Positions 12,834 through 26,180 of a stretch of 64,000 bases of DNA are shown here, one piece after another. Made by a program: the position numbers and the translations under genes. The notes beneath the pieces are model-generated. The model was given only the letters and a program-made list of their open reading frames with translations. It was not told the DNA's origin and ran no database searches. The stretch is from Malacoraja senta. Lineage: Eukaryota. Each line of letters opens with the position of its first letter. Position 1 is the stretch's first letter. The stretch covers positions 5,148,001-5,212,000 of the forward strand of contig CM075992.1 in the NCBI GenBank assembly GCA_038087875.1, read 5' to 3'.

Positions 12834-14456
12834 AATATATTTCCCAATCACTCACTAGAAACATAGAAACATAGAAAATAGGTGCAGGAGTAGGCCATTC
12901 GGCCCTTCGAGCCTGCACCGCCATTCAATATGATCATGGCTGATCATCCAACTCAGTATCCCGTACCTGCCTTCTCTCCATACCCCCTGATCCCTTTAGC
13001 CACAAGGGCCACATCTAACTCCCTCTTAAATATAGCCAATGAACTGGCGTCAACTACCCTCTGTGGCAGAGAGTTCCAGAGATTCACCACTCTCTGTGTG
13101 AAAAATATAATATAATTCAAGTGCTTGTTTTTTCCCCCTTATCTGTCTTGGGGTGACACAAGATAAAACCGAGAACAGTGCAGAACAGCACAGGAACAGG
13201 CCTTGCAGCCCATAGTATCTGCACTGAACATGATGCCATTAGCTAATTTCCTCTGCCTATACATAATCCTCATCCTTCCTTTCCCATCCACGTGCCTATG
13301 TACAAGCCTGTTAAACGCCACTATTATATCTACCTCCACTACCATCCCTGGCAGCATGTTGCAGGCACTCACCACCCTCTGTGTAAAACAACTTTCACCG
13401 CACATTTCTGTTAAATTGTGCCCCTCTCACTTTAAATCCACGCCCTCTAGTCTTTGACATTTCCACCCGGTGGAATAAGGTTCTGACTGTCTACCCTATC
13501 TATACCTCTCATCACCTTACACACTTCCATCAGTTCTCCCCACCACCTCTGACGTTCCAGAGAAAACAGTGGGTGGAGCTGCTGCCCCACAGTGTCAGTG
13601 TCACCTGGGTTTCATCCTGCCCTTGGGTGCTGACTGTGAGGAGTTTGCACGTTCTCCCTGTGACCCCTGTGTGCTCCTCCCACATCTAACAGCCTACAAC
13701 TGTTCGGTTGCCCTAATCTTGATAGGTGTGACTTGCTCCCAAATTTTGGAAAGGAAAATTAATTCCCGTCTTTGACCTGAAATGTTACCTGCATTAATGT
13801 CTCCACAGATGCTGGCTGACCTGCTGAGTGTCTCCAGAATTTTCTGTTTTTATTAGAACAATTCTATGAGGTGGCTTGGGTCATATTACTGTGTGGACCA
13901 CACTTTAATGAGAGAATCCCAGCAATTTGTGACTAATTTGCTGGGGTAACTCAGCGGGTCAGGCAGCATCTCTGGAAACAAAGGATGGGTGACGGTGCGG
14001 GTCGGAACACTTCTTCAGACTTCTGAAAGAGAGAATGTTTATTGCTGGTCAGGCAGCATCTGTGGAGGCAGAAGAATGGTTGATGTCTTGGGCTCAGACC
14101 CTGTCCTAATGCAAGGTCTTGACAATAGGCAATAGGTGCAGGAGCAGGCCATTCGGCCCTTCGAGCCAACACCGCCATTCAATGTGATCATGGCTGATCG
14201 TCCACAATCAGTACCCCGTTCCTGCCTTCTCTCTATACCCCTTGACTCCGCTGTCTTTAATAGCTCTATCTAACTGAAACCTTAGTCAACCATCTACCTC
14301 CACAGATGCTGCCTGACCCACTGACTTCCTCCAGCAGTTTGATTTTCCCTCTCAGCTCACTGCATGTACAATCTCTTTTGTCTCCAAGTTCACTGCTGTC
14401 CCCTTGACCACATCCTAGAGAGAGTTTGCCTCTTGTTTTGTCAAGAGTGGCCTTAC

Positions 14457-14532
14457 CTTCGCGAAGTCACAAAGGAGAAGTGAGCGGGGGCATTGGGAGA
14501 GAAGTTTCGTGGACTGTCCAGGGGGCTGCTGC
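14457..14532 (-). CDS. MAST1: MAST1 internal exon ((G)[24 protein letters not shown](R))
   Basis: 76-nt exon with tgtAG acceptor and GTAAGG donor; MAST motif [10 protein letters not shown]. Confidence 0.92.
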
Positions 14533-14659
14533 CTACAAAGGGAACAAAGCACAGGGCAAGTCAGCTGTTTCATTAAATTACAATCAAAACACAAAGTACT
14601 TTTGCTATTACACCAGCATAAGCGCGCAATCAAGAAACCCAAGCCCAAAGTTTTGTTCC

Positions 14660-14952
14660 GTTTAGAGATACAGCACAGAAACAGGCCCTTCGGCCCACCG
14701 AGTCCGCGCCGACCAGCGATCCCCGCACACTAACACTATCCTACACACACTAGGGACAATTTACATTTACACCAAGCCAATTAGCCTGCAAACCTGTACG
14801 TCTCTGGAGTGTGTGAGGAAACCGAAGAGCCCGGAGAAAACCTATGTGGTCACACGGAGAACGTACAAACTCCGTACAGACAGCACCCCTGGTCGGGATT
14901 GAACCGGGATCTCCGGGGCTGCAAGGCAGCAATTCTACCGCTGCGCCACCGT
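14660..14952 (-). mobile_element. HE1-like V-SINE, minus-strand copy between two MAST1 exons
   Basis: Reverse complement of the SINE consensus. Confidence 0.85.
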
Positions 14953-14974
14953 GTTTGCGTCTAACTTGGTATCA

Positions 14975-15136
<162 letters not shown>

Positions 15137-15151
15137 TTACAACAGAATCTG

Positions 15152-15456
15152 TACGGTGGCGCAGCGGTAGAGTTGCTGCCTTACAGCGTTTGCAGCGACG
15201 GAGACCCGGGTTCGATCCCGCTTACGGGTGCTGTCTGTATGGAGTTTGTACATTCTCCCAGAGACCGTGTGGGTTTTCTCCGAGATCTTCAGTTTCTTCC
15301 CACATTCCAAAGACGTGCATGTTTGTAGGTTAATTGGCTTGGTGTAAAATTGTCCCTAGTGTGTGTAGGATAGTATTAATGTGCGGGGATCGCTGGTCGG
15401 TGTGGACTCGATGGGCCAAAGGGCCTGTTTCCACGCTGTATCTCTAAACTAAACTA
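15152..15456 (+). mobile_element. HE1-like V-SINE, near full-length
   Basis: ggtggcgcagcggtagagttgctgcc...gggcctgtttccacgctgtatctctaaactaaactaa. Confidence 0.88.
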
Positions 15457-15679
15457 AGGGTCAACACTGGTAGACATGTTGGCCTAATGCATGAGAAGCA
15501 TAGAAATATCAAAAATAGGAGCTGGGGGCAGGCCATTTGGCCCTTCGAGCCTACTTTGCCATGCTGTACAGTTGAGGCAGATCTTCCAAATACAGTCATA
15601 GGATCATAAGATAGATAGATCAGCCTTGATTGAATGGCGGAGTAGACTTGATGGGCCGAACGGCCTAATTCTACTCCTA

Positions 15680-16050
15680 TTCCAGGTGCAGGAGTAGGCC
15701 ATTCGGCCCTTCGGCCCTTCAAGCCAGCACCGCCATTCAATGTGATCATCCCCAATCAGTACCCCGTTCCTGCCTTCTCCCCATATCCCCTGACTCCGCT
15801 ATCTTTAAGAGCCCCATCTAGCTCTCTCTTGAAAGTATCCAGAGAACCGGCCTCCACCGCCCTCTGAGGCAGAGAATTCCACAGACTCACAACTCTCTGT
15901 GAGAAAAAGTGTTTCCTCGTCTCCATTCTAAATGGCTTACCCCTTATTCTTAAACTGTGGCCCCTGGTTCTGGACTCCCCCAACATCAGGAACATGTTTC
16001 CTGCCTCTAGCGTGTCCAAACCCTTAATAATCTTATATGTTTCAATAGGA
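15680..16050 (-). mobile_element. CR1/HER1 LINE 3' fragment
   Basis: ORF 15756..16091, IETYKIIKGLD...[10 protein letters not shown]. Confidence 0.85.
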
Positions 16051-17455
16051 GTGGAATTATGCCATTCGTCCCATCGAGCCTGCTCTGTCATTCGATAATG
16101 ACTGACATTTTACCCTCACAACCCCATTCTCCTGCCTTCTCCCCGTAACCTCTGATGCCGTTACCAAAACGCGAAAACTATCAATCTCCACTTTAAAAAT
16201 ACCCACTGACTTGACCCCCACCGCCATCTTTGGCAATGAGTTCCACAGATTCACCACCCACTGGATACTCTCACCAGTCCCACGTTCCTGCTTTCTCTTT
16301 GTGCCTTGCTCTATCGCCTTGATCTATCGCGGTGAGGCAGCTGCTCTACCTGCAGTGCCACTGTGGTGTGGAGATAGATAGATTCTCGACATTTTGGTAA
16401 AAACAGGCCCGCCAACGATTTTCTGGCACCTTACAGAATAGTGAAAGCTTGGACAGAGTGGATGTGGAGAGGATGTTTCCACTAGTGGCAAAGTCTAGGA
16501 CTAGAGGTCATAGCCTTAGAATTTAGGAAGGAGATGACGAGGAATTTCTTTAGTCAGAGGGTGGTGAATCTGTGGAGTTCTTTGCCACAGAAGGCTGTGG
16601 AGGTCAAGTCAATGGATATTTTTAAGGCAGAGGTAGATAGATTTTTGATTAGTACAGGTATCAGGGGTTATGGGGAGAAGGCAGTAGAATGGGGTTAGGA
16701 GGGAGAGATAGATCAGCCATGATTGAATGGCGGAGTAGACTTGATGGTCCGAATGGCCTAATTCTGCTCCTATCCCTTATGACCTTGGTTCCAGAGCCTT
16801 GCTGGATTATCTGCTTTGTCGGACCAAGAGGTCACCTAATAATAAGTGAACAACGCACCTCTGTTCCACCAATTATACCACTCCCATGACTCAAAAGCAG
16901 CATGGACTGCTAGAAACTTAAATAAAACAAATATTAAATTAAATTAAATTCACAGCAAAACTTGCTCGGGGAGCCCGGAGTCCGGTTAATGAGTTGCCCA
17001 GTCGTAACATCGAACAGTCCACAATACTCGCAAGTCTGGTACCACCAGATGCCAGAGCTTTACAACATCCATGTTTGCCTCAATTGCCTCTTGCAGGAGA
17101 ACGTGCAAACTCCACGCAGACAGCCCCCCCCCCAGAGGCCAGGATTGAGCCTGTGTCTCTGTGGCCGTGTGGCAGCAGCACTACCCGCTGCACCACCGCG
17201 CCACAGGATGCCGCATGACCTGCTGCACTCCTCCAGAATACTTTGTTTTATTCATAAATAATGGCAAGTCAAATTTCACTACACCAATTGGTGTATGTGA
17301 TAATAAGTGTCCTTTGTATCCTTGTATCCTTGAAATACCCCCCGTTTCTGACCGAAAGGAACAAGAACAAGATAATCAGCTCCTCAAAGACAGACACAGA
17401 ATGCTGGAGTAAGGCTCAGCGGGACAGGCAGCATCTCTGGAGGGAAGGAATGGGT

Positions 17456-17483
17456 GACGTTTCGGGTCGAGACCCTTCTTCAG
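17456..17483 (-). ncRNA. Minimal type I hammerhead ribozyme motif with GUC cleavage triplet
   Basis: CUGAAGA, A, stem II GGGU(CUCG)ACCC, then GAAACGUC. Related copies at 11078, 18011, 18226, 36636, 52673, 60893 and elsewhere. Confidence 0.65.
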
Positions 17484-18864
17484 ACTCAAAACGGTTACTC
17501 CAGCATTTTGTGTCTATCTTCGGTATAAACCAGCATCTGCGGTTCCTTCCTACGCATAACCAGCTCCTCACACCTGATCTATCATAGCTGCTCAACTCTC
17601 TCTCGATACCCACACCTAACAAAAGGCTGTTGCTTAGAAATTCATCCCAGTTGCTCTTTTCATAAGTTCACAAGTCAAAGGAGCAGAATTAGGTTCTCCA
17701 GCCTATTGAATCTAATGTCATTCTACCAGACCCCATACACACGTTCGGATGGCACAGTGGTACAGCGTTAGAGCTGCTGCCTTACAACGCCAGAGCCCCA
17801 GGTTCGATCCTGACAAATGGAGTTTGTACGTTCTCCCCGTGACCTGCGTGGGTTTTCTCCCAGATCTTCGCTTTCCTCCCACACTCCAAACACATACAAG
17901 TTTGTAGATTGTTTAAGAAGGAACTGCAGATGCTGGAAAATCGAAGGTACACAAAAATGCTGGAGAAACTCAGCGGGTGCAGCAGCATCTATGGAGCGAA
18001 GGAAATAGGCAACGTTTCGGGCCGAAACCCTTCTTCAGACTGAATCTTGTAGATTAATTGGCTTGGTGTAAATGTAAAATTATCCCTAGTGTGTGTCGAG
18101 CAGTGTTAATGTACGGGGATCGCAGGTCAGCACGGACTCGCTGGGCCGAAGGGCCTGTTTCTGCGCTGTATCTCTAAACTAACTAAACGTCCCACTCAAA
18201 CATTTCCCCGCCACGACAACCCCACCTGAAGACGGGTCTCGACCTGAAACGTCACCTATTCCTTTTCTACAGAGATGCTGTCTGGCCCAAAGTGCTGAAT
18301 TACTCCAGCATTTTGCATCCCATCATCTCAGGAGTCAATCCAGTGAATCCTCGCTGTACGATCACATTGCTCTCCCAAAATAGGGACAAAAGGCACAGTA
18401 ATTAAGACTGCCTCGTTGGCCAGACCAAGCTGTCATCTTAATCACATATCACCCAAACTCCAAGCTTTTCGCCTTTCATCGAGCCTCGGATAATTATAAT
18501 CTCAGTGAGCACTGCCAAGTAACTCAACAAGTCTGGGGAACATTCAACAGAGCTAGCAGCCCTCCCTAGCATGAAGCAAATAATAACCCCTGCTAGACTC
18601 TTCCTTCAAGGAGACAAATTAATACCCAGCGGATAATGATTATCGCAGTGCTGTGTCATGAACACCTTTGAGCTGGATGTGTTTATTAAAGAGAATTAAC
18701 TGGGAAAGCAGCTTATTAAACCTCAGCTGTAACCCTTCTCTATCCGATGTCAGCTACAAGCCCCCAACGCTTTGCCGGCTTCCACAGAGTGTTTGGCCTC
18801 CCAAGCTTTTGCAGATTGTCTAATGTTGGTCGCTAACCCTTGGGACGACTAATTCAGTGGTTCC

Positions 18865-19350
18865 ATAGAAACATAGAAACATAGAAAATAGGTGCAGGAG
18901 GAGGCCATTCAGCCCTTCGAGCCAGCACCACCATTCATTGTCATCATGGCTGATTGTCCCCTATCAATGACCCGTGCCTGCTTTCTCCCCATATCCCTTG
19001 ACTCCACTAGCCCCTAGAGCTCTATCTAACTCTCTCTTAAATCCATCCAGTGACTTGGCCTGCACTGCCCTCTGTGGCAGGGAATTCCATAAATTCACAA
19101 CTCTCTGGGTGAAAAAGTGTTTTCTCACCTCAGTCTTAAATGACCTCCCCTTTATTCTAAGACTGTGGCCCCTGGTTCTGGACTCGCCCAACATTGGGAA
19201 CATTTTTCCTGCATCTAGCTTGTCCAGTCCTTTCATAATTTTATATGTTTCTATAGGATATCCCCTCATCCTTCTAAACTCCAGTGAATACAAGCCTAGT
19301 CTTTTCAATCTTTCCTCAAAAGACAGTCCCGGCATCCCAGGGATCAATCT
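18865..19350 (-). mobile_element. CR1/HER1 LINE 3' fragment
   Basis: ORF 18964..19347; (TTTCTATG)n tail. Confidence 0.88.
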
Positions 19351-20903
19351 TGTTCCACAGCGAATGGTCAGATAGCAGGAAGCAGGAACATGGTGGCACC
19401 ATGGAGCAGCCTGCGGTAGAGTTGCTGCCTTACAGCGTCAGAGACCCGGGTTCGATCCTGACCACGGGTGCTTGTCTGCACGGAGTTTGTACATTCTCCC
19501 CCGACACCCGCGTGGGTTTTCTCCGGTTTCCTCCCACACTCCAAAGACGTGCAGGTTTGCGGGCTAATTGGCTTGGCATAAATGTAAATTGTCCCCAGTG
19601 TGTGTAGGATAGTGTCAGTGTGCGGGGATCGCTGGTCGGTGTGGGCTCCGTGGACTGAAGGGTCTGCTTCCGCCCTGTATCTCTAAAGTAAGTTAAACCA
19701 TTTGGTGATGGAGTAACACAGAAGATCAGGCAACACCTCTGGAGGACGTGGGTAGGAGATGCTTCCTCCCAAACCTTTCTTGATCCCTCCCCCGCTCTTC
19801 CCCTGTGCCCCACCTGGACTTGCACATATTTCTCTGTTTCCCCACCCCCTGCCCTTCCACCTACATTCCTCCAGCTTCACAATTCACAACGCTTCAAGCC
19901 TTTTGTCCCACACCTTCTGTCCTTTCATCTCTGGCCTTTGTCCAACCATCCCTCACCTATATCAATCTATTACCTGCATAGGAAGGAACTGCAGATGCTG
20001 GTTTACACCAAAGATAGACACAAATGCTGGAGTAACTCAGCGGGTCAGGCAGCATCTCTGGAGAAAAGGAATAGGTGACGTTTCAAGTCTGAAGATGGGT
20101 CTTGACCCAAAACGTCACCTATTCCTTTACTCCGGAGATGCTGCCTGACCCACTGAGTTACTGCAGCATTTGTGTCTATCTTCAACCTATTATCCACCAG
20201 GCTTTGTCTTTCCCCTCCTCTTTTCCAGCTTTCTGCCCCTTCTCTACCCCACACCACCAAGTTCAATCTGAAGAAGGGACTCGACCAGAAATGTCACCTA
20301 TCCATGTTCTTCAGAGATACTGCCTGAAACAAAACAAGAAGATGGTGAATCTGTGGAATTCTTTGCCACAGAAGGCTGTGGAGGCCCAGTGGATATTCTT
20401 TAAGGCAGAGATAGATAGATTCTTGATTAGTATGGGTGTCAGAGGTTATGGGGAGAAGGCAGGGGGAGAGAGGAGTTAAGAGGGGAAGATAGATCAGCCA
20501 TGATTGAATGGTGGAGTAGACTTGATGGGCGGAATGGCATAATTCTACTCCTTTCACTTATGATCTTATGACCTTATAAGATAGACACAAAGTGCTGGAG
20601 TAACTCAGCGGGTCAGGCTGCATCTCTGGAGAAAAGGAACGGGTGATGTTTTCGGTCAGAAACCTTCTTCAGATGGAAAGATGGAGAAGGCCAGAACAAA
20701 ACTGGGCTTGCAACAGTGGACCTCAGGTAGGGTGGAGCCCACAATGGCCCATTGTTGGCTGGGGAAGATGTGTAACATCAGAGATACAGGGATGCGAACA
20801 GAACAGAGGAACTAGTAGGATGACTAGGGTGGGGGAAGGGGGAGAGAAGTAGGGGGGGGGAAGTAATGCAGGAATTAGTTGAAATTAGAGAAATTAATCG
20901 TAA

Positions 20904-21111
20904 TGGGCCTGTCCCACTTAGGCGACTCTTTAGGCGCCTGCCAGGGACTAGTTTTAATGGAATTCACCTACAACAGCTGGCGACAACCAACAACAACACC
21001 TACGTCAACCCATACGTCAACCTATGACAGTAAAAATTGTCGCCACTGTCGGCGAAAAATTTTCAACATGTTGCGGCAGTCGCCCAAAAAATCGCCTGTG
21101 GGACGGGCCCA
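20904..21111. mobile_element. PIF/Harbinger-type MITE
   Basis: TGGGCCTGTCCCAC ... GTGGGACGGGCCCA; TAA/TTA flanks. Confidence 0.72.
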
Positions 21112-21189
21112 TTACGATCATTCTGGTTGGGGAAGATGAGCCAAGGAATACCAGCATCAGCAGTTCCTTCATAAAATAAATTAGAGTTA

Positions 21190-21409
21190 AGGGTCTGTTC
21201 CACTTGGGTGTCATTTGCGCGTAATTTACGCAACATCATTTACGCGTCATGATGTGTGTGTCGTGCCGCGCACGTGAGGTGCGCATTATGCGCGCATGGT
21301 GCGTGGTGACGTAGGCAGTGACGCGCGGCGCCCCAGGATTTTGGGATGTACAAAATCTTCACGCGCCAACTGCGTGACGCGCAAATGACGCCCAAGTGGG
21401 ACAGGCCCT
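21190..21409. mobile_element. PIF/Harbinger-type MITE with CpG-rich interior
   Basis: AGGGTCTGTTCCACTTGGGTGTCATTTGCGCG ... CGCGCAAATGACGCCCAAGTGGGACAGGCCCT; TTA target-site duplication on both sides. Confidence 0.8.
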
Positions 21410-23247
21410 TTACTCCTGCACTTTGTGCCTTCTCATTACAGGGGAATGATTCATGCAGTGTATTACGCTCAGCAAATCCCAGTTATTATAACCCCCCTCC
21501 CCCCTCTCAACCACATTAACAGCAGCAGAACAAACAGCAAGCGACAATCACTCAGACAATCGCTATCAGTACAGTTCCACTGCCCTTTTATAATCGGAGG
21601 TATTTCTAGGACAATTCAGCGTTTGAAAAGGTGACAATGGGCTTATTACCATCTAGCTAAATGCATTCAGTGAAACGCCAGCCCTCTCACTTTAAATTAA
21701 AATTATCCTCATTAACTGCCCACGACGCACAACAGATTGATCCACATGAATTAAGGGAGCACTCGAAGCTTTGAACAGCCTCTGCTTCCAAGCACCTAAT
21801 GAATTCTGATGAAGAGTCTGATCGATTTAAACTGTTAACCCTATTTCTCCCACCACACATGCTGCCGGACCTGCTGAATATTTCATGTGCATGATTTATT
21901 GGAGCAAAATTAGGCCATTTGGCCCATCGTGTCCACTCCGCCATTCAATCATGGCTGATCTATCTTTCCCTCTCAACCCCATTCTCCTGCCTAAGATAGA
22001 CACAAACAGCTGGAGTAACTCAGCGGGACAGGCAACATCTCTGGAGAGAAGGAATGGGTGATGTTTTGGGTCGAGACCCTTCTTCAGACTCGAAGGGTCT
22101 CGACCCAAAACGTCACCCATTCCTTCTCTCCATAGATGCTGCCTCACCCGCTGAGTTACTCCAGCATTTTGGGTCTACCCCCAGAATATCACCTATTCCT
22201 TTTCTCCAGTGCTGCTGCCTGACCCGCTGAGTTACTCGAATATTTCCAGTGTTTTCTCTTTAATTTTAGATCCGGAAGGAGGAGGGGAGGGAGCAGGTGC
22301 AGAGAAGATTTGCAAGGGCAAAACCAGAATTGTTTGGTAGGAATGGGTAAACAAGTGTGAGTTCTCTATTCCATAGAGGAGGCTGAGGGATGACCTAATC
22401 TTAAAGGATTTGATGGATAGTTATAATGAGAGTTACAATGGCACAGCTGGTACTGCTGCTGTCTCACAGCGCCAGTGACTCGGGTTTGATCCCGACATCG
22501 GGTGCTGTCTATGCAGAGTTTGCTCGTTCTCACTCTACCTCCGGTTTCTTCCCACATCCCAAAGACGTACGGGTTTGCAGGTTAATTGGCCCTCTGTAAA
22601 TTGTCCCGAGTGCGTCAGGAGTGGATGTGAAAGTGGGATAACATAAAACCAATGTGAATGGGTGATCGATGGACAGAGTGGACACAATGGGCCGAAGAGT
22701 CTTGCTTCCATGCTGCCTCTTTCAACCAATCGATATATATGTCTGAGTCAACATTACCGCCACAGAGCAGCTTTGCTAAATCGCCTGGGCCTTGCTTTGT
22801 GATGCTGGTTTAAACCAAAGACCTTATGACCTTATAAGATAGACAAAAAAGCTGGAGTAACTCAGCGGGTGAGGCAGCATCACGGGAGTGAAAGAATGGG
22901 TGACATTTCGGGTCGAAACCCTTCTTCAGAGTGAGGGTTGCTTTGTCTGTGTGTCCGACAGTGAGAGGTGCCAGGTGGGCTGAATGATCTTGTTTCCATG
23001 CTGTATCCTTCAATCAGGCGGTCACAGTGGCGCAGCGGTAGAGTTGCTGCCTTACAGCGAATGCAGCGCCGGAGACCCGGGTTCGATCCCGACAACGGAT
23101 GCTGTCTGTACGGAGTTTGTACGTTCTCCCCGTGACCTGCGTGGGTTTACTCCGAGATCTTCGGTTTCCTCCCACACTCCAAAGATGTACAGGTTTGTAG
23201 GTTAATTGGCTTGGCAAATGTAAAAATTGTCCGTAGTGGGTGTGGGA

Positions 23248-24342
23248 TAGAAACATAGAAAATAGGTGCAGGAGGAGGCCATTCGGCCTTTCGAGCCAGC
23301 ACCGCCATTCATTGTGATCATGGCTGATCGTCCCCAATCAATAACCCGTGCCTGCCTTCTCCCCATATCCCTTGATTCCACTAGCCCCTAGAGCTCTATC
23401 TAACTCTCTCTTAAATCCGTCCAGTGACTTGGCCTCCACTGCCCTCGGTGGTAGGGAATTCCATAAATTCACAACTCTCTGGGAGAAAACGTTTTTTCTC
23501 ACCTCAGTCTTATATGACCTCCCTGGGTGTCATGGTACACCAGTCATTAAAAGTAGGCATGCAGGTGCAGCAGGCAGTGAAGAAGGCGAATGGTATGTTA
23601 GCATTCATAGCAAAAGGATTTGATATAGGAGCAGGGAGGTTCTACTGCACTTGTACAGGGTCTTGGTGAGACCACACCTGGAGTATTGCGTACGGTTTTG
23701 GTCTCCTAATCTGAGGAAAGACATTCTTGCCATAGAGGGAGTACAGAGAAGGTTCACCAGACTGATTCCTGGGATGTCAGGACTTTCATATGAAGAAAGA
23801 CTGGATAGACTCGGTTGTACTCGCTAGAATTTAGAAGATTGAGGGGGATCTTATAGAAACGTACAAAATTCTTAAGGGGTTGGACAGGCTAGATGCAGGA
23901 AGATTGTTCCCGATGTTGGGGAAGTCCAGAACAAAGGGTCACAGTTTAAGGATAAGGGGGAAATCTTTTAGGACCGAGATGAGGAAAACATTTTTCACAC
24001 AGAGAGTGGTGAATCTCTGGAATTCTCTGCCACAGAAGGTAGTTGAGGCCAGTTCATTGGCTATATTTAAGAGGGAGTTAGGGATGTGGCCCTTGTGGCT
24101 AAAGGGATCAGGGGGTATGGAGAGAAAGCAGGTACAGGATACTGAGTTGGATGATCAGCCATGATCATATCGAATGGCGGTGCAGGCTCGAAAGGCCGAA
24201 TGGCCTACTTCTGCACCTATTTTCTATGTTTCTATGTTTATTCTAAGACTATGGCCCCTAGTTCTGGACTCGCCCAACATTGGGAACATTTTTCCTGCAT
24301 CTAGCTTGTCCAGTCCTTTTATATGTTTCTATAAGATCCCCC
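23248..24342. mobile_element. Nested CR1/HER1 LINEs: a plus copy (about 23522-24237) inside a minus copy, itself inside a SINE
   Basis: The minus LINE breaks at ...tgacctccc and resumes at tttattctaagact...; the SINE starting at 23019 resumes at about 24350. Confidence 0.8.
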
Positions 24343-26180
24343 CATGGTGTGAATGTGCGGGGATCGCTGGTCGGCGCAGACCCGGTGGGCCGAAGGGCTT
24401 GTAACCGCGCTGTATCTCCAAAACTAAAACTGAAAAACTAAAAAAATCTATATACTGTATATTTGAGTCAACATTACCACCACAGAGCAGCTTTGCTAAA
24501 TAGCCTGAGCCTTGCTTCGTGTGTATGTCCTACAGTGAGAGGTACCAGGTAATGTGAAGCATCGTACTGTAGAAGGCATCTGTGCCTTTCAGTCAGAGAA
24601 GGATGGTATGCATTGTCCGATGCGTTGTGGATTTTCACAAGGCAGATGGCAAGTGGGGTTTTCACAGCTGTGTCTGTTTTTTGTCCCCAGCCAATGTTCA
24701 AACCATGGCGCTCTCTTGCTGGCCATTTCCAGGCTACCGAAGCCTCTTTCCCTCTGTGCCATGACTGGCCTCGAGTTTAACCCGCAGATAGACAAAATAA
24801 TGCTTGGGTAACTCAGCGGGTCGGGCAGCATCCATGGAGAAAAGGAACAGCTGACGTTTCGGGTCGAGACCCTTCCTCAGACCACAGTCCCACGTGCTGG
24901 CTGCGTTTTCATTCACTGAAGATGTTTCAGGTCGAGACCCTTCCTCGGACCCAACTTGAAACGTCACCCATTCCTTCGCTCCACAGATGCTGCCTGTCCC
25001 GCTGAACGACTCCAGCATTTGGTGTCTCTCTTGGTAGATATGCCACGTGGTTTTATGCTGAGGTACTCGGGCCAGGAAAGCCCCTGGAACTATCAGTGTA
25101 ATCTACTATGCTACACTCTAGCACTTGGTATAGTTGTGCCTATCCATAGTAAGGTTTTTACTGAACCATATGCAAAATTTCACTGTACCTAATAACACGT
25201 GACAATAAATTACTATTGAAGCATGGTGAACACAAGGTTAACAATGTCCCCACATCCACATTGTCAGCTCTGCAGAGAGAGAGAGGCAGACTGAGATCCC
25301 ATTTCCGATCATCATGCGTCACCTCTGCAACTTTCATTTCTATAGTGTCTTTAACAGACTGAGATATCCCTTAGAAACATAGGAAAAAAAAAGAAAAGTA
25401 GGTGCAGGAGTAGGCCATTCGGCCCTTCGAGCAAGCACCACCATTCAATATGATCAAGGCTAATCATCTAAAATCAGTACCCCGTACCTGCTTTCACCCC
25501 ATATCCCTTGATTCCGTTAGTTTCAAGAGCTAAATTTAACTCTCTCTTGAAAACATCTAGTGAATTGGACTCCACTGCCTTCTGTGGCAGAGAATTCCAC
25601 AGATTCACAACTCTGTGGGCGAAAAAGTTTCTCCTCATCCCAGTCCTTCAAACATTTTTCCTTATCGCCAAGCCTCCGCTTGGTCTGACCGATGTAGATC
25701 ACCTGACACCTAGAGCAGCGGATGTAATAGATGAGGTTGGAGGAGGTGCAGGTGCAGATAGAATAACTATTTTGTATTCATTTGTTCTATATCTCTCCAT
25801 ATCACCATCTATATCTCTCGTTTCCTTTTCCCCTGACTCTCAGTCTGAAGAAGGGTCTCGACCCGAGACATCACCTATTCCTTTTCCCCAAAGATGCTGC
25901 CTGACCCGCTGAGTTACTCCAGCTTTGTGTATCTATCAAAGGTTTGTAGATTAACTGGCTTCTGAAAATTGTACATTCTCCCTCGTGTGTGGGATAGAAC
26001 TATTGTACGGGGTGATCGCCAGTCGGCGTGGACTCGGTGGACTGAAGGGTCTGTTTCCCAGCTGTATCCCTGAAGCCTAAAGTCTAAATGGATATCGGTG
26101 AGGGGAGTAGCAATGTTAGAATGGGTGGAGTATGTGACAAAGGCTCGAAATGGAAAGGAGCCAAAAGGATGTCAAATAAA

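Noticed and set aside
15152..15225. tRNA-like sequences with A and B boxes
   Set aside because: They are SINE heads followed by the V-domain and LINE-derived tail, not tRNA genes.
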